Shown: piece after piece, positions 46,703 through 58,500 of the stretch
Numbering within the stretch: position 1 is the stretch's first letter
How the letters are laid out: every line of letters begins with the position of its first letter
Origin: Ascoidea asiatica JCM 7603
Taxonomy: Eukaryota; Fungi; Ascomycota
DNA length: 64,000 nt
Assembly: GCA_001600695.1 (NCBI GenBank)
Contig: BCKQ01000025.1
Coordinates: forward strand, 16,722 to 80,721
Reading direction: 5' to 3'
Made by a program: the position numbers and the translations under genes
Notes under the pieces: model-generated
The model's database searches: none
Told to the model about the DNA's origin: nothing
The model's input: the letters and a program-made list of their open reading frames with translations, nothing else

Positions 46703-47634
46703 AAATGCCCTTAGTAAATTGTTAAAACTGAAGTAATTGAAACAGTTGAGGCTAGCAAATTAATATTCATCCGTTTTATTATTATTTTTTTATTTTTTTT
46801 ATTATTAACATTATTAATATTCCTCTGACTATTTCTTTATTATTTAGGAGTTCTTTAATAAATAATTTATTAAACCACCAATTATTACTATCAGTATTCT
46901 TAAAGCATTTCTTTTATTTCATTATCCAATTATTTTTTAATTACGTATTCAAAATTACTTTTATTATCACTTATCCATTAAAAACTTCCAAATTCAACTA
47001 AAAATTTTAGATAAAACCATTAAATTTATTAAATTTTCTAAATCTATTATAAATCTACTAACATTTATCACTTCAAAAGGTCACTTAAAACAACTTAGAT
47101 CATTTCTTATTTCTTTCTTTTTAATTACTCTTTTTATTTTCATATCATAAAAAAATATACTAATAATAATCTACCAAGCTACAAACATACTTTTCAACTA
47201 AAATCTTTATTTCAAAATAAGGCTGTATATTTTAATTACCACTCAAAATCATTACTAATAACAATTATTCATTAAATTTTTAATAATTTTATTATTAAAT
47301 TATTCAATTACTGGTTATTCCTTATTCGTTTTTAATTCATATAATATTCCATTATCAAAACATTCAATAAACTTCAGAATTCAAGAAACTTCAAGTTAAA
47401 AAAAACTATATCCCTGAATATTATATTCAATTATTTTATTCTTATTAACAAATAACTGTTTATATTTGTAGTTCATCCTTTTTTACTTACCTATTAAATA
47501 TCTCTTAATTTAATATTTATTAAGTTCTATTTAATTTAATTATTCGGTTCATTACGAAAATTTAATTTCAACTTTTCTTAAAAAAAAATTACTCAAAACT
47601 ACTTGAAGTAATTCAAAGCTATTCAAAACTACTA

Positions 47635-47707
47635 AAATAATTCAAAATAATTCAAAATAATTCAAAATAATTCAAAATAATTCAAAATAATTCAAAATAA
47701 TTCAAAA
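47635..47707. repeat. 10-bp minisatellite (TTCAAAATAA), about 7 copies
   Basis: Direct tandem repeat upstream of TDA9. Confidence 0.95.
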
Positions 47708-48219
47708 TTATCTAATTATATTCTCTTATCCTATCATATCTTTTATTAAAATCTATTCCTAAATAATTTAAATAAAAATATTGAATTCTTTCCCCCATAT
47801 TATACTACATATCTTTTACATGAATAATTCTTTAATTGCTTGTTTTTTAATTTTAAGTATTTTATAAATCTTCTATTACTATTTATATATTTAATATCAA
47901 ATATTTATTCATATTCTAAAACTTTTTCTTATATCAATTTATATTCAACCACTATTTATATTCCTGAAAATTTATACACTTCTCATAATTCCTCAAATAT
48001 CTTATTCAATTAATCAATAAATCAATTATTAATTGAAATATTCCTAGAAATTAGTATATATACATTCATATATATATTCATATAAATATAAATGATTATC
48101 AAATAATTTCAATTTCAAATCAATAATTTATTAACCTAAAATTTTATCTATTAATCAATCTATTCAATTAATTAGTTTATTGATTAATAAATAAATAAAA
48201 TAACTTATATCTTAAAAAA

Positions 48220-51200
48220 ATGGAAACCGAATTTAATAATCAAAATATCAATCAATCTTTAAATAATAATATAAATAATAATCAAAATGATTTAATATCA
48301 AATAATGATAATAACAATAATAATTCAACAAATGATTCAATGAAAGAATTAAATAAAGATAATTTCAGTATTGAGTCAAACAAAAGTAATATAAACTCAA
48401 GTTCTCCTTCTACTTCAAATACAACTCCAACAGATTTTGTCATAGAAAATAATCTCATACACAATAATAATAACAATAATAACGGTAGTATGATAAACCG
48501 CGTTAATACTATAGATGATAATAATATTAATTCATTTTATAATCATACTCTTAATGAACAAAATAAAGATAATAATACAAATTTTAGCACTGAAAATTCA
48601 GATACTACCACTATCACAAAAATAGAAAGTAATGACTCAAATTTTTCTTCAAAAAAATTTGCAAGAGTAACAAAACCTTCAACAAAGGATCCATTAAAAC
48701 CTGCAAAAAAAAAGCAAACTACTTCTCCTGATAGATCTCCAGATGATGAAAATTTAATAACCGCCAATACTGTAGACTCTAATACTCTGAATTCTAGTAC
48801 AAATTCAAATCTAAATTCTATTTCAACTTCTCCAGTTTCTAATTCTCAAATAATAACAAATAATCCTCCAATAAAAGGTACTCAACCAATACCTAAAAAA
48901 TCTGCTGTAATTAAAACTAATAAACCAAGACCTCATATTTGTCCTACTTGTACAAGAGCTTTTGCAAGATTAGAACATTTAAAAAGACATGAAAGGTCGC
49001 ATACAAATGAAAAACCTTTTCAATGTGCTGCATGTGGAAGATGTTTTGCAAGAAGAGATTTAGTTTTAAGACATCAACAAAAATTACATGCTAGTCTAAC
49101 TGCAAATACTAATATTCATCCTGGTGGTTTAAATGGTTTACCTGCCACTGGAAAATCAAGAAGTAGACAAGTTAATCAAAATATAATTGAACATAAAAAT
49201 AATACTGATAAGATAAAACCATTACCTGGTCAATTATCTTTACCTGATTTTCAGAATATCAATTTATTGACAAATAAACCTCAACAACAACCTTCTTTCT
49301 TTCATCCAAATCATCCAAATCACCCTAATCATCCAAATAACCCAAATCATCCACATCATCAACAAATTCATTCTCATCCAAACCAACCACATCCTCATGG
49401 CCCTCCTGTCAATGGTTTACACCCTCATCATCAACATCCATCCATGAATATGATAAATTTTTCAAGTGATTTCAATCCAAATTTACCTCCTCATGTACTT
49501 CAAAACGGCTCATATATGCATCAACCTTACCCACCTCTTCATCCTTCTCACCCTCAAAATCTTCAGAATCCTCAGAATCACCCTCAACATCAACAATTTA
49601 TGCAAGATCAATCGCAGCAACCAAATTCCCAACATCAACCCAATATGCACATGCAACAACAACAGCAAGAATCTCCCTCGACTCTAAATCAAATTCAGGA
49701 ACGAATTCAGGATCAGGAGCAGAGGCAAAATTTTAATGACCAAAATCAAATCCAAGGGTCAGTACCAAATTTCAATAATCAGACTCATATGTCAGGCCAG
49801 ACACCAAATCAAATGCAAAGTCCGATATCTAATCAAATGTCAAATCAAATACCAAATCAAATGTTTAATCAAACACCTAATACAAACCCAGTACAACAAC
49901 AGCAACCGCAACAACACAATCCCTCTCCAAATTCGGGAATGGATATAAATCCATTCAGCGCTTTTCAACATCCACCACCTTTGAACTTCAAAGATCAACA
50001 ACCCAATCAGACAGGAAACTTCAATAGTTTCAACAATCAATCTATGGCTCAAACAAAACAAAATAATAATTTAGTATCATCTTCAATAGATAATTCTCCT
50101 TTGATATCGGCAGTGCAATCACCTCCAAAAAACCTTTTTCAAACTCGTTCGAATTCACGCTCTAATGATCATTCACCAAATGATTCAATATACAATAATA
50201 ATTTTATGCCAATTTTGAGTCCAACTTTTAATGCCATGTCTAGATCTGCTACAAACGATTTACAAAAAGTTCCCAGTAATAATTCAACTACTCCTTCAAA
50301 TCTGATTAATAATAATTTCAATCTTACAGAACCTGATTTAATGTCATTAAATATGCTGAAATCCCAATCAGTAAGTCAGTCCTCTTCAATGTCCAATACA
50401 AAGAATACTTCGCTAGCAAGAACTGCTGCTAAAAATTTACAAAATCAAAAACTCGGTTTAAGTAATAATAATAGTAACAATAGTATATCTGGAAATAATC
50501 AAAATATTTCTTCTGGCCAAGCTTCCAACCAGAACCACAATCATGCATCAAACAGACATCGTCACGCATCCTTTTCTGCTTCTTCAGCTTCTTCTTATAC
50601 TGTCTTTAAAGATGCAAAGGCTATAAATTATCTAAGTATTCCCGAAGCACCTAAGCAAGTAGGATTTTCAACACCTCAACTTTCGGCTAGCGAATTAGCT
50701 TCAAAAGCAGAAATGTCTGGGTTAGATTTAGAATCTTTGGGGATTGATTGGTTTAGTTTAGATAGCTTTCAGGATGGGCTTAACGATGATAGTCTATTCG
50801 ATAATAACATGAAAAATAGGAATTCAATAAATGGAGGTGATAATATGACCGAAAGAATAAATGAAGGTGAATCCTATTTGAACAATAATGGATTCTCTTA
50901 TGAAAACATGCCAAAAGATAATGTGTCTCAAGAATTAAGTTATTTCGATCAGAAACATAATTCCGGAAAGCAAACTGGAACTCCAGGAAGTGGAACTCTG
51001 TATCATGGTTTAAACCATGATTTTCCAAATACTCCTTACGGGTTTAGTTTATTAAACACAAATAATGATGCTAGAAAAAATGGCCAAAAAATGGAGCCAG
51101 ATATTGAGTTTCCATTATTACAAGAATATTTACATTTGGGAGGAGCTGGTGGTGGAGCTGGATTCGATGATGCAAATTTCAATGACTTTGAATTTTTAAA

Positions 51201-53514
51201 AGAACTTCAGAATTCGACTCAGGATATTAATAATGTTAGTTTGGTAGATAAATCTCAAAATCCTATAAAACCTATAGATAATTGGTTAGATGAATTTTTA
51301 GCCCCAATGGATATTGATAATAAAAAAATTGATATTAATTATGTTGGATTTCCTCCAAATCCTACCAAACGAAAATTCAAAAGAAAATTGGATGATACTG
51401 GTCAGGCATTTACTTCAACTATACCATCAAATCAAAATGGTGAAATCAATTTTAGTTCAACTTCTGTAAGTCCGGATTCATCATCTCCTGATATTGGTAC
51501 ATTGTTTAGATCAAGACAAGTTGAATTATTAAATGAACAAAATAATATTCTAACTCAAAGCTTTGATCCACATAATATGAGTCGACATAATTCTTTAAAT
51601 CCACAGTATCAAGATGGTTTTCAAATAAAACCTGAAGAATTGTTTCAATATAATTATAATTTATTCGATGAAGAAGCAAGAAATAGTATTTTGATGCTCA
51701 ATCATCTAAAAGACGATCAATTTCCAAGTGTTCAAGAACTTAATAAATATCTCTATCTTTATGGTAAAGAATTTGATCAATATTTTCCATTTGTTCATTT
51801 TCCATCATTAAATGCTAAACTGGATAATATACCATTAATTTTATCTGTAGCAGCAATTGGAGCATTATATTCTTTTCATTCACAAAATTCAATACTTCTT
51901 TTTAGTATTGCAAAATTTTATATTCATAGTTTTTTAGAAAGAAATAAGAATTTTAAAAATGATGAAGTTCCTTTATGGCTTATTCAAAGTTTAACATTAA
52001 GTATGTTTTTAGGAATATTTAATAATGCAAATGCAATTGCAGGTTCAATTTCTAAACAACTTAATTCATTAATTTATCTTGCAAAAAATTGTAATTTACA
52101 TTTACCATTAGAAAATTTTATAACACCACCTCCTGTTCATGGTGGTAATAATAATAATTTTAATTTTTCTCCACAAATAATTAAGAATAATTATGAATAT
52201 TTTATTTTAGCACAATCAAGAATTAGAACAGTTCATTCATTATTATTAATTTCAGTTTTATTTGATTCATTAATTGGTATACCAATAATTTTAAGATCAG
52301 AAGATATAAAATGTGGAACACCATGTAATTTTGAAAATTTATGGAGATCATCAAATTTTAAACAATGGTTTGAAGTTTTAAAAAAATATAATATAATTAT
52401 TGATTCAAAATTTTCATTAATTCAATTAAGTAGTGGAGAAAGTTTTAGTGATTGTATAAAAGCATTAAATAGACATAATCATATTGAATTATCAAATAAA
52501 CAATATAGTTCAAAAACATTATTAAGTTTATTAATGAGTATTCATGAAAAAATATATTCAGAAAGAGTTGAATTAAATAGTGATAAAAATCTGAGTGGAG
52601 AATTAAAAGCAATGAAATGGAGAATGAATCAAAGACCAATGATTGAATCATTAATTAAAGCTTGGGAAGTTTTATATGTTAAAAATGGAGGAGTTTTAAT
52701 GCCAAATGAATTTAATATGAATATTATCAAAGAACAACCACTTTTAAGATTAATTTTACCAATATTATCATTTGCAAAAATTCGATTATGTGTTCATTTA
52801 ACACCAATAATTGAAAGTATTTGGAGAAAAGATTGGGATAATATGCATAATTATCTTAAAGATTTAGGTAATGATATAGAAGCATTAAGAGAAAGTTCAA
52901 TATTTGCATTAGATATTATTGAATTATGGATTAGTCAAATTTCAATAATTAATGATGCAGAACAAACATCAGCAAGAACACCAATTTTTTTTATAACATG
53001 TACATTTTCAGCAATACTTGTATTATCAGAATATATGTTTATTCTTGAAATTGGAGCAAATAATTTTTTAAATAATAAAATTGGTAAAAAAAATTTAATT
53101 ACAGCTGCAGATACAGCATTATTTTTAAGATGTGCAGCAGTTTATAAAAAAGTTGAAAATAATCTTTCACCAAAAGGATTAAATAAAACATTTGCAGAAT
53201 ATTTAAGATTTCAAGCAAAAGGAGCATTAGATGTTGAAGGACTTGGAGATGAATTACATAATTTAAGTAATGGAAATTTTGATTTTAAATTTTTAATTGA
53301 ATCAATTAAAGGAGCAAGATTATCAACAAGATCACTTTATTTAGGAGTTAGAATTCTTGGAGATGCACCAGTTTGGCCAGCAGCAATGCTTTTTGCAGAA
53401 GCTTTAAAAAATAGAGCAATTTTTATTTCAAAATATGATATTAATTCTAATTCTAATTCTAGTAATAATTCTAATTCTAATTCTTCAAAAGATTTTATTC
53501 AAATAAATGAATAG
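48220..53514 (+). CDS. TDA9: C2H2 zinc-finger transcription factor Tda9/Rsf2 with fungal TF middle-homology domain
   Basis: PIPKKSAVIKTNKPRPHIC..FARLEHLKRHERSHTNEKPFQC..FARRDLVLRHQQKLH, RHRHASFSASSA, VGFSTPQL and LYLGVRILGDAPVWP. Confidence 0.92.
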   Translation: METEFNNQNINQSLNNNINNNQNDLISNNDNNNNNSTNDSMKELNKDNFSIESNKSNINSSSPSTSNTTPTDFVIENNLIHNNNNNNNGSMINRVNTIDDNNINSFYNHTLNEQNKDNNTNFSTENSDTTTITKIESNDSNFSSKKFARVTKPSTKDPLKPAKKKQTTSPDRSPDDENLITANTVDSNTLNSSTNSNLNSISTSPVSNSQIITNNPPIKGTQPIPKKSAVIKTNKPRPHICPTCTRAFARLEHLKRHERSHTNEKPFQCAACGRCFARRDLVLRHQQKLHASLTANTNIHPGGLNGLPATGKSRSRQVNQNIIEHKNNTDKIKPLPGQLSLPDFQNINLLTNKPQQQPSFFHPNHPNHPNHPNNPNHPHHQQIHSHPNQPHPHGPPVNGLHPHHQHPSMNMINFSSDFNPNLPPHVLQNGSYMHQPYPPLHPSHPQNLQNPQNHPQHQQFMQDQSQQPNSQHQPNMHMQQQQQESPSTLNQIQERIQDQEQRQNFNDQNQIQGSVPNFNNQTHMSGQTPNQMQSPISNQMSNQIPNQMFNQTPNTNPVQQQQPQQHNPSPNSGMDINPFSAFQHPPPLNFKDQQPNQTGNFNSFNNQSMAQTKQNNNLVSSSIDNSPLISAVQSPPKNLFQTRSNSRSNDHSPNDSIYNNNFMPILSPTFNAMSRSATNDLQKVPSNNSTTPSNLINNNFNLTEPDLMSLNMLKSQSVSQSSSMSNTKNTSLARTAAKNLQNQKLGLSNNNSNNSISGNNQNISSGQASNQNHNHASNRHRHASFSASSASSYTVFKDAKAINYLSIPEAPKQVGFSTPQLSASELASKAEMSGLDLESLGIDWFSLDSFQDGLNDDSLFDNNMKNRNSINGGDNMTERINEGESYLNNNGFSYENMPKDNVSQELSYFDQKHNSGKQTGTPGSGTLYHGLNHDFPNTPYGFSLLNTNNDARKNGQKMEPDIEFPLLQEYLHLGGAGGGAGFDDANFNDFEFLKELQNSTQDINNVSLVDKSQNPIKPIDNWLDEFLAPMDIDNKKIDINYVGFPPNPTKRKFKRKLDDTGQAFTSTIPSNQNGEINFSSTSVSPDSSSPDIGTLFRSRQVELLNEQNNILTQSFDPHNMSRHNSLNPQYQDGFQIKPEELFQYNYNLFDEEARNSILMLNHLKDDQFPSVQELNKYLYLYGKEFDQYFPFVHFPSLNAKLDNIPLILSVAAIGALYSFHSQNSILLFSIAKFYIHSFLERNKNFKNDEVPLWLIQSLTLSMFLGIFNNANAIAGSISKQLNSLIYLAKNCNLHLPLENFITPPPVHGGNNNNFNFSPQIIKNNYEYFILAQSRIRTVHSLLLISVLFDSLIGIPIILRSEDIKCGTPCNFENLWRSSNFKQWFEVLKKYNIIIDSKFSLIQLSSGESFSDCIKALNRHNHIELSNKQYSSKTLLSLLMSIHEKIYSERVELNSDKNLSGELKAMKWRMNQRPMIESLIKAWEVLYVKNGGVLMPNEFNMNIIKEQPLLRLILPILSFAKIRLCVHLTPIIESIWRKDWDNMHNYLKDLGNDIEALRESSIFALDIIELWISQISIINDAEQTSARTPIFFITCTFSAILVLSEYMFILEIGANNFLNNKIGKKNLITAADTALFLRCAAVYKKVENNLSPKGLNKTFAEYLRFQAKGALDVEGLGDELHNLSNGNFDFKFLIESIKGARLSTRSLYLGVRILGDAPVWPAAMLFAEALKNRAIFISKYDINSNSNSSNNSNSNSSKDFIQINE

Positions 53515-53932
53515 TGTATTTTTTATTTTATAAATTTATAATTATATTTTTTATTTTTTATTTCTTATTTCTCAATTTTCTTTTTAATTTTTATTTAAAT
53601 GTTTATGATATGTTTAATGACCGTTTATTTTTTTTTTTTTTTTCATTCTATCTCAATGTTATTTTTTTTAATCTTTTCTATTCTTATTCTTATTCTTATT
53701 TTTTTTATTGTGGTTTTTGTATGGTTTAAATAATTTAAAATTTAAAATTAATACAAGTAAAATAAATATTAAAATATAAAAATATTAAAATATAATGAAA
53801 AATCATGTAAAAGTCATTAAATTAATTAATTAAATTATATATATAAAAGGTATATATATAAAATGATTATATATAAAATGTATATAAATAAGTTATACTA
53901 TATATATATAATTAAGAAAAATGGGTGTTTGA

Positions 53933-54138
53933 TTAATTTTTATTACCACCTGGTGCAGTATAATTTCCTTCACCACTTGGATTACTATAATAAGTTGAAC
54001 CATTTGAATTTGAATAATAATAACCACCATCAGTATTTAATAATGATAAGAAGAACCAACATCATCAGATCTTGAACAATAATGATTACCTTGAGAATTA
54101 GTACCTGAACCAGTATATTCGAAACCATTACCAGACAT
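53933..54138 (-). pseudogene. Fungal Tyr/Gly/Ser/Asn-rich microprotein (68 aa) interrupted by a 1-nt frameshift
   Basis: MSGNGFEYTGSGTNSQGNHYCSRSDDVGSSYHY, TAA at 54039-54037, then in the shifted frame NTDGGYYYSNSNGSTYYSNPSGEGNYTAPGGNKN*. Inserting one base (TAA to TCA+A) restores SYHYSNTDG. Confidence 0.75.
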
Positions 54139-55117
54139 TTTTAAAAAGAGATTTTTAATTGAATTGAAATTGAAATTGAAATTGAATAAGAATTGAATAA
54201 GAATTGAATGAGAATTGAGTAATTGAGATAATATTCTAAATAAAAAGAGTAATTAACTCGATGATGAGAGAATAAAAGAAGTATTAAAAAGCATTGAAGA
54301 AATTGACTAAAAGACTGGAATTCAGGGGATATTTATATCATTTTCTCCTCCATTGACCAATCAATATCTTTATTCATTAGTAGTAATAATAGATCAAATC
54401 ATAATAATCCATCCAGCTTTATCAGATAAGAAAACACTTTTTCCATTGACATGAATCTGTTATGAATGAATCAATCAAAGAGAACTTTTCTTGATCGTTT
54501 GTGGTTGGTTGTTTTGCAGCTGGAAACTCGAAGTTGTCGACAGCTGCGAAAGTTTCAGGAGAACCAAGAATTTGGCCCCGGATGGAGACGGGCGTCCGTG
54601 TCACCGCTGGCATGGATTAAATTATAACAATGATATCCGGTTCCGGTAAAACGGAATAAAATTATCCAGGTCATGTGACGTTGACAGAGTAACGTGTCAA
54701 AGTGCGTCTCACACTGCGTTCACATCACTTTCTTTGGGTGCCGTCGCTTTTCTTTTTCAGTCACTTTTCAGTCACTTTTCAGTCATTTTTCAGATTTTCA
54801 CCGAGAACTTCCCAGAAAGCTGCAATTTCACACTGTCAACACTCTCGGTAGATTAAGACCTGATAAACATGGTGAATATGATAAATATGTTAAATATGTT
54901 AAATATGTTAAATAGCTATAAATGGTGATAATCATCAATAAATCTTTAGTAAACTTTTTTAATCTATTTCATTTTAAATCATTTCATATTAATATATTTT
55001 CATCAAACTCTTTTTTCTATTGCATTTTCTTTCATTTATTTAGTCTCATAGATCTTCATTAATATTCAATTTACTTATTCAATTAATAAATTAATAAATT
55101 AATAAATTTTAAGACTA

Positions 55118-56941
55118 ATGACAGATATATCATTACCATCAAAAGAAATTGGATTACCAATTCCAAATATAGATCATGCAGTTTCTGTATCTTTACCAAC
55201 ATGGGAAGCAACAATTGGTTATGAAGAAGGTAAAGATTGGGTTGTAAATAAAATGAATTCAGGATATCCAAGATTTTTTATTCATGAAAAAATTAAAAAT
55301 TTATGTTTAATATTTCTTAAAAAATATGGTTTAAAAAATGAAAATTGTTTAATTTTTCCATCTTTAAAAATTGCAAAAAATTGTAGAAATTTTATCTTAG
55401 AACAATCTGATTCTGATTTATTTTTTTTAAAAAAATCAAATTTTAGAATTTTACAATTAATTACAGATTCTCCAAAAAATTTTGATGAAGAAAGTTATAA
55501 AATTGAGAAAAAAATTGCAATAATTTTTTTCCCAAAAAATGAATATAAATATGCAAAATTATTTTGGCAACATTCTGGTGAAGGTATATCTTCAAGATTA
55601 GCAGAATATTGTTTAAAAGAATTTTCTGATGATATTGATTATAATAATACTAAAAGTAATATTACTAATAATAATAATAATATTAATATTAATATTAATA
55701 ATAATTGTAGTGAAGAAGGAAATAGATTTATTGAAGAACGATTTGGTAGAAATTTAGATTTTAAATTTGGAGAAGAATCAAGAATAATTTTAAAAAAAAG
55801 AATTTCAAATAAATTTAATGAAATTATTCAAGAAAATAAATTAGATAATAATAATGTAGAAGATAATGAAGATAATGAAGATAATGAAGATGAAGATATT
55901 GAAGAAGTGGAAAAATTAGATGAAAATGATATTTATTTTTATTCAAGTGGAATGTCTTCAATTTATAATGCACATAATATAATTTTAAATTCAATAAGTT
56001 TTGAAAAATCAGTTTTATTTGGATTTTCATATGTTGATACATTAAATATTTTAAAAAAATTTGGACCTGGAGTTTTATTTTATGGTAATGGTGATGAAGA
56101 TTCAATAAATGATTTAGAAGAAAAATTAAAAAAAAAAGAAATAAAAATTAATTCATTATTTTGTGAATGTACATCAAATCCATTATTAAAAACTCCAAAT
56201 TTAAAAAGATTAAGGAAATTAAGTTTAAAATTTAATTTTTTAATAATTATTGATGAAACTATTGGAAATTTTTTAAATATAAATATTTTAAAATATTGTG
56301 ATATTTTAGTTTCATCATTAACAAAAATTTTCTCAGGTGATTCAAATGTTATGGGAGGATTATTAATTTTAAATAAGAATAAGAAGAATGAAAAAATTTT
56401 TAAAAATTATAAAATTTTAAAAAATTATTTAAATTTAAATTTTGAAAAAAATAATTTTTGGATTGAAGATTGTTTATATTTAGAAAGAAATTCAAGAGAT
56501 TTTGAAAAAAGAAATGAGATAATAAATTTTAATTGTGAAGAAATTTTAAAAATATTTAAAAATAATTTAAGATTTAAAAATTTAATTTTAAAAATTTATT
56601 ATCCAAAATTTAATACAAATTTTACATTAAAAAATTATTTAAAAATTAAAAATAAAAATGGTGGATATGGTGGATTATTTAGTTTAATATTTAAAGAAGT
56701 TCAAGATGCAATTTGTTTTTTTAATGAAATTGAAATTTTTAAAGGACCAAGTTTAGGTACAAATTTTTCATTAGCTTGTCCATATAGTATTTTAGCACAT
56801 TATTCTGAATTAGATGAAATTGAAAAATGGGGAGTTGATAGAAATTTAATTAGAATTAGTATTGGATTAGAAGATATTAAAGATTTAAGAAAAAGGTTTA
56901 TAAAAGCTTTAACAGCAGTTTTAAATCAACATATTAATTGA
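55118..56941 (+). CDS. STR2: Cystathionine gamma-synthase
   Basis: HAVSVSLPTW..IGYEEG, GYPRFFIH, FWQHSGEGISSR, PLP-lysine SSLTKIFSGDSNVMGG and KGPSLGTNFSLACPY. Confidence 0.95.
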   Translation: MTDISLPSKEIGLPIPNIDHAVSVSLPTWEATIGYEEGKDWVVNKMNSGYPRFFIHEKIKNLCLIFLKKYGLKNENCLIFPSLKIAKNCRNFILEQSDSDLFFLKKSNFRILQLITDSPKNFDEESYKIEKKIAIIFFPKNEYKYAKLFWQHSGEGISSRLAEYCLKEFSDDIDYNNTKSNITNNNNNINININNNCSEEGNRFIEERFGRNLDFKFGEESRIILKKRISNKFNEIIQENKLDNNNVEDNEDNEDNEDEDIEEVEKLDENDIYFYSSGMSSIYNAHNIILNSISFEKSVLFGFSYVDTLNILKKFGPGVLFYGNGDEDSINDLEEKLKKKEIKINSLFCECTSNPLLKTPNLKRLRKLSLKFNFLIIIDETIGNFLNINILKYCDILVSSLTKIFSGDSNVMGGLLILNKNKKNEKIFKNYKILKNYLNLNFEKNNFWIEDCLYLERNSRDFEKRNEIINFNCEEILKIFKNNLRFKNLILKIYYPKFNTNFTLKNYLKIKNKNGGYGGLFSLIFKEVQDAICFFNEIEIFKGPSLGTNFSLACPYSILAHYSELDEIEKWGVDRNLIRISIGLEDIKDLRKRFIKALTAVLNQHIN

Positions 56942-57015
56942 ATTATTAATTGAATTATTAATTGAATTATTTATTTAACTATTTAATATAATATATTAGG
57001 ATATTAATGTAATAA

Positions 57016-57274
57016 TTATTTTTTTGAATTATCACCTTTTGTAAAACGAGGATGTCTTGGATCATTAATAAATTCACTTGTATTCATTGAAGCATCAGCA
57101 GCTTTAGAAACTAAGAAAATAGTTGCAACACCTATTATAATATATAAGTTAGTTAGTTAGTTATTGAATATAAAAAATAAGATTGAAATAAGATTGAAAT
57201 AAGATAATTAATTACATACCACCAATGAAAAATGGCCATAATGGTTTTAAAATTGGAGTTGGAAAGCTAGGCAT
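57016..57274 (-). CDS. ATP18: ATP synthase subunit j/i, spliced (57274-57220 + 57131-57016, 56 aa)
   Basis: Spliced product MPSFPTPILKPLWPFFIGGVATIFLVSKAADASMNTSEFINDPRHPRFTKGDNSKK matches Atp18; intron 57219-57132 GTATGT..AACTAAC..TAG. Confidence 0.95.
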
Positions 57275-57726
57275 TTTGATAGAATGTTATATGTATGTAT
57301 GTATATATATATATATATATATGAATATATTAGTTTAGATATTAAGAATATGAATTGAATAAGATAATATAATATAAATATTTTAGATTATAATATCTTT
57401 GTAATTAATGAAATTAATATTCTGTATAAGTAAAGTATCTCTCTATTAGCTATTAGTTAATATATCTTGGATATATCTTGAATACACCTTTATTTCATAG
57501 AGAAAAGAAGGTGAAGCATAAACAACGAATGAAAAGTGAGCATTTCACAGAGAAGAAGAAAGTCAGGGTAAGAAGTAAGAAGTAAGAAGTAAGAAGTAAA
57601 AGCATGTCAGGTGATCAATGCATATACGAGGGGTAAGCCACTAGGTCAAATGCACTGCCACATACTTCTCCATCCACAATTAGAATATCTCAGAACTCAG
57701 GACAACAACAACACTACACTACACTA

Positions 57727-57797
57727 CACTCTTCACTCTTCACTCTTCACTCTTCACTCTTCACTCTTCACTCTTCACTCTTCATTTCTTCACTCTT
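57727..57797. repeat. (CACTCTT)n heptamer repeat in the ATP18-DAL2 divergent promoter
   Basis: About 8 perfect copies then degenerate; nearby (GTAAGAA)4 at 57568 and (TTCTTA)n at about 58016-58058. Confidence 0.9.
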
Positions 57798-57810
57798 CAT
57801 TTCTTCATTT

Positions 57811-57827
57811 CTTATCTGAGTCTTATC
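57811..57827. promoter_or_regulatory. Paired GATAAG (nitrogen catabolite repression) sites for DAL2
   Basis: CTTATC at 57811-57816 and 57822-57827; TATAAA at 57988. Confidence 0.6.
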
Positions 57828-58095
57828 TCAGCCAGACGCGTGACTGGAGCCTTTTTCTGAGACAGACAGCAGCGGACTGCCCGCGGGACGTGCTCCAAGC
57901 AGTAATAATCGGCCAACTCTTCTGAGGTTCCAGCTCCGGCCCTGCTAAATCACATTTTATCGACTTACTCGGCTACTCTCACACTCATATAAATTAAACA
58001 CATTCTATTCTCTATTCTTATTCTTATTCTTATTCTTATTCTTATTCTTATTCTTATTCATCTATTCATTAATCAATCATTAAATTCAATTCAAA

Positions 58096-58468
58096 ATGTC
58101 AATAAATTCAGAAATACCAATAAAGATATTATCAGAAGATGAATTTAATTTAAAAATTAAAAATAATTATATTGATATAATTAATGAAAAATTAAATAAT
58201 AAAATTATTAAAATTTCTGATGAATTTTTTGCAAATGCAAATAATTTAATTAAATCAACAAATCCAATTCAAGAAAAAAATAAATTTATTCATTCTGGTG
58301 CTTGGTATGATGGTTGGGAAACAAGAAGACATAATCCAAATGATTATGATTATATTATAATTAAATTAAGTGTTTATTCTACAAAAATTATAGCTACAGA
58401 AATTGATACTAGTTTTTTCAATGGTAATCATGCTCCAAAAATTTCAATTGAAGGTATTTTTATTCCTG

Positions 58469-58500
<32 letters not shown>

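Noticed and set aside
47635-47707. Tandem repeat as a CRISPR-like array
   Set aside because: No spacers, eukaryotic context; simple minisatellite
54422-54915. ORFs 54422-54613(-) and 54694-54915(+)
   Set aside because: Lie in the GC-rich divergent promoter (GTCATGTGAC at 54670, CGG sites); atypical codon usage
57611-57925. 104-aa ORF with LHSSLFT repeats
   Set aside because: GTG start; translation of a heptamer repeat in the ATP18-DAL2 promoter
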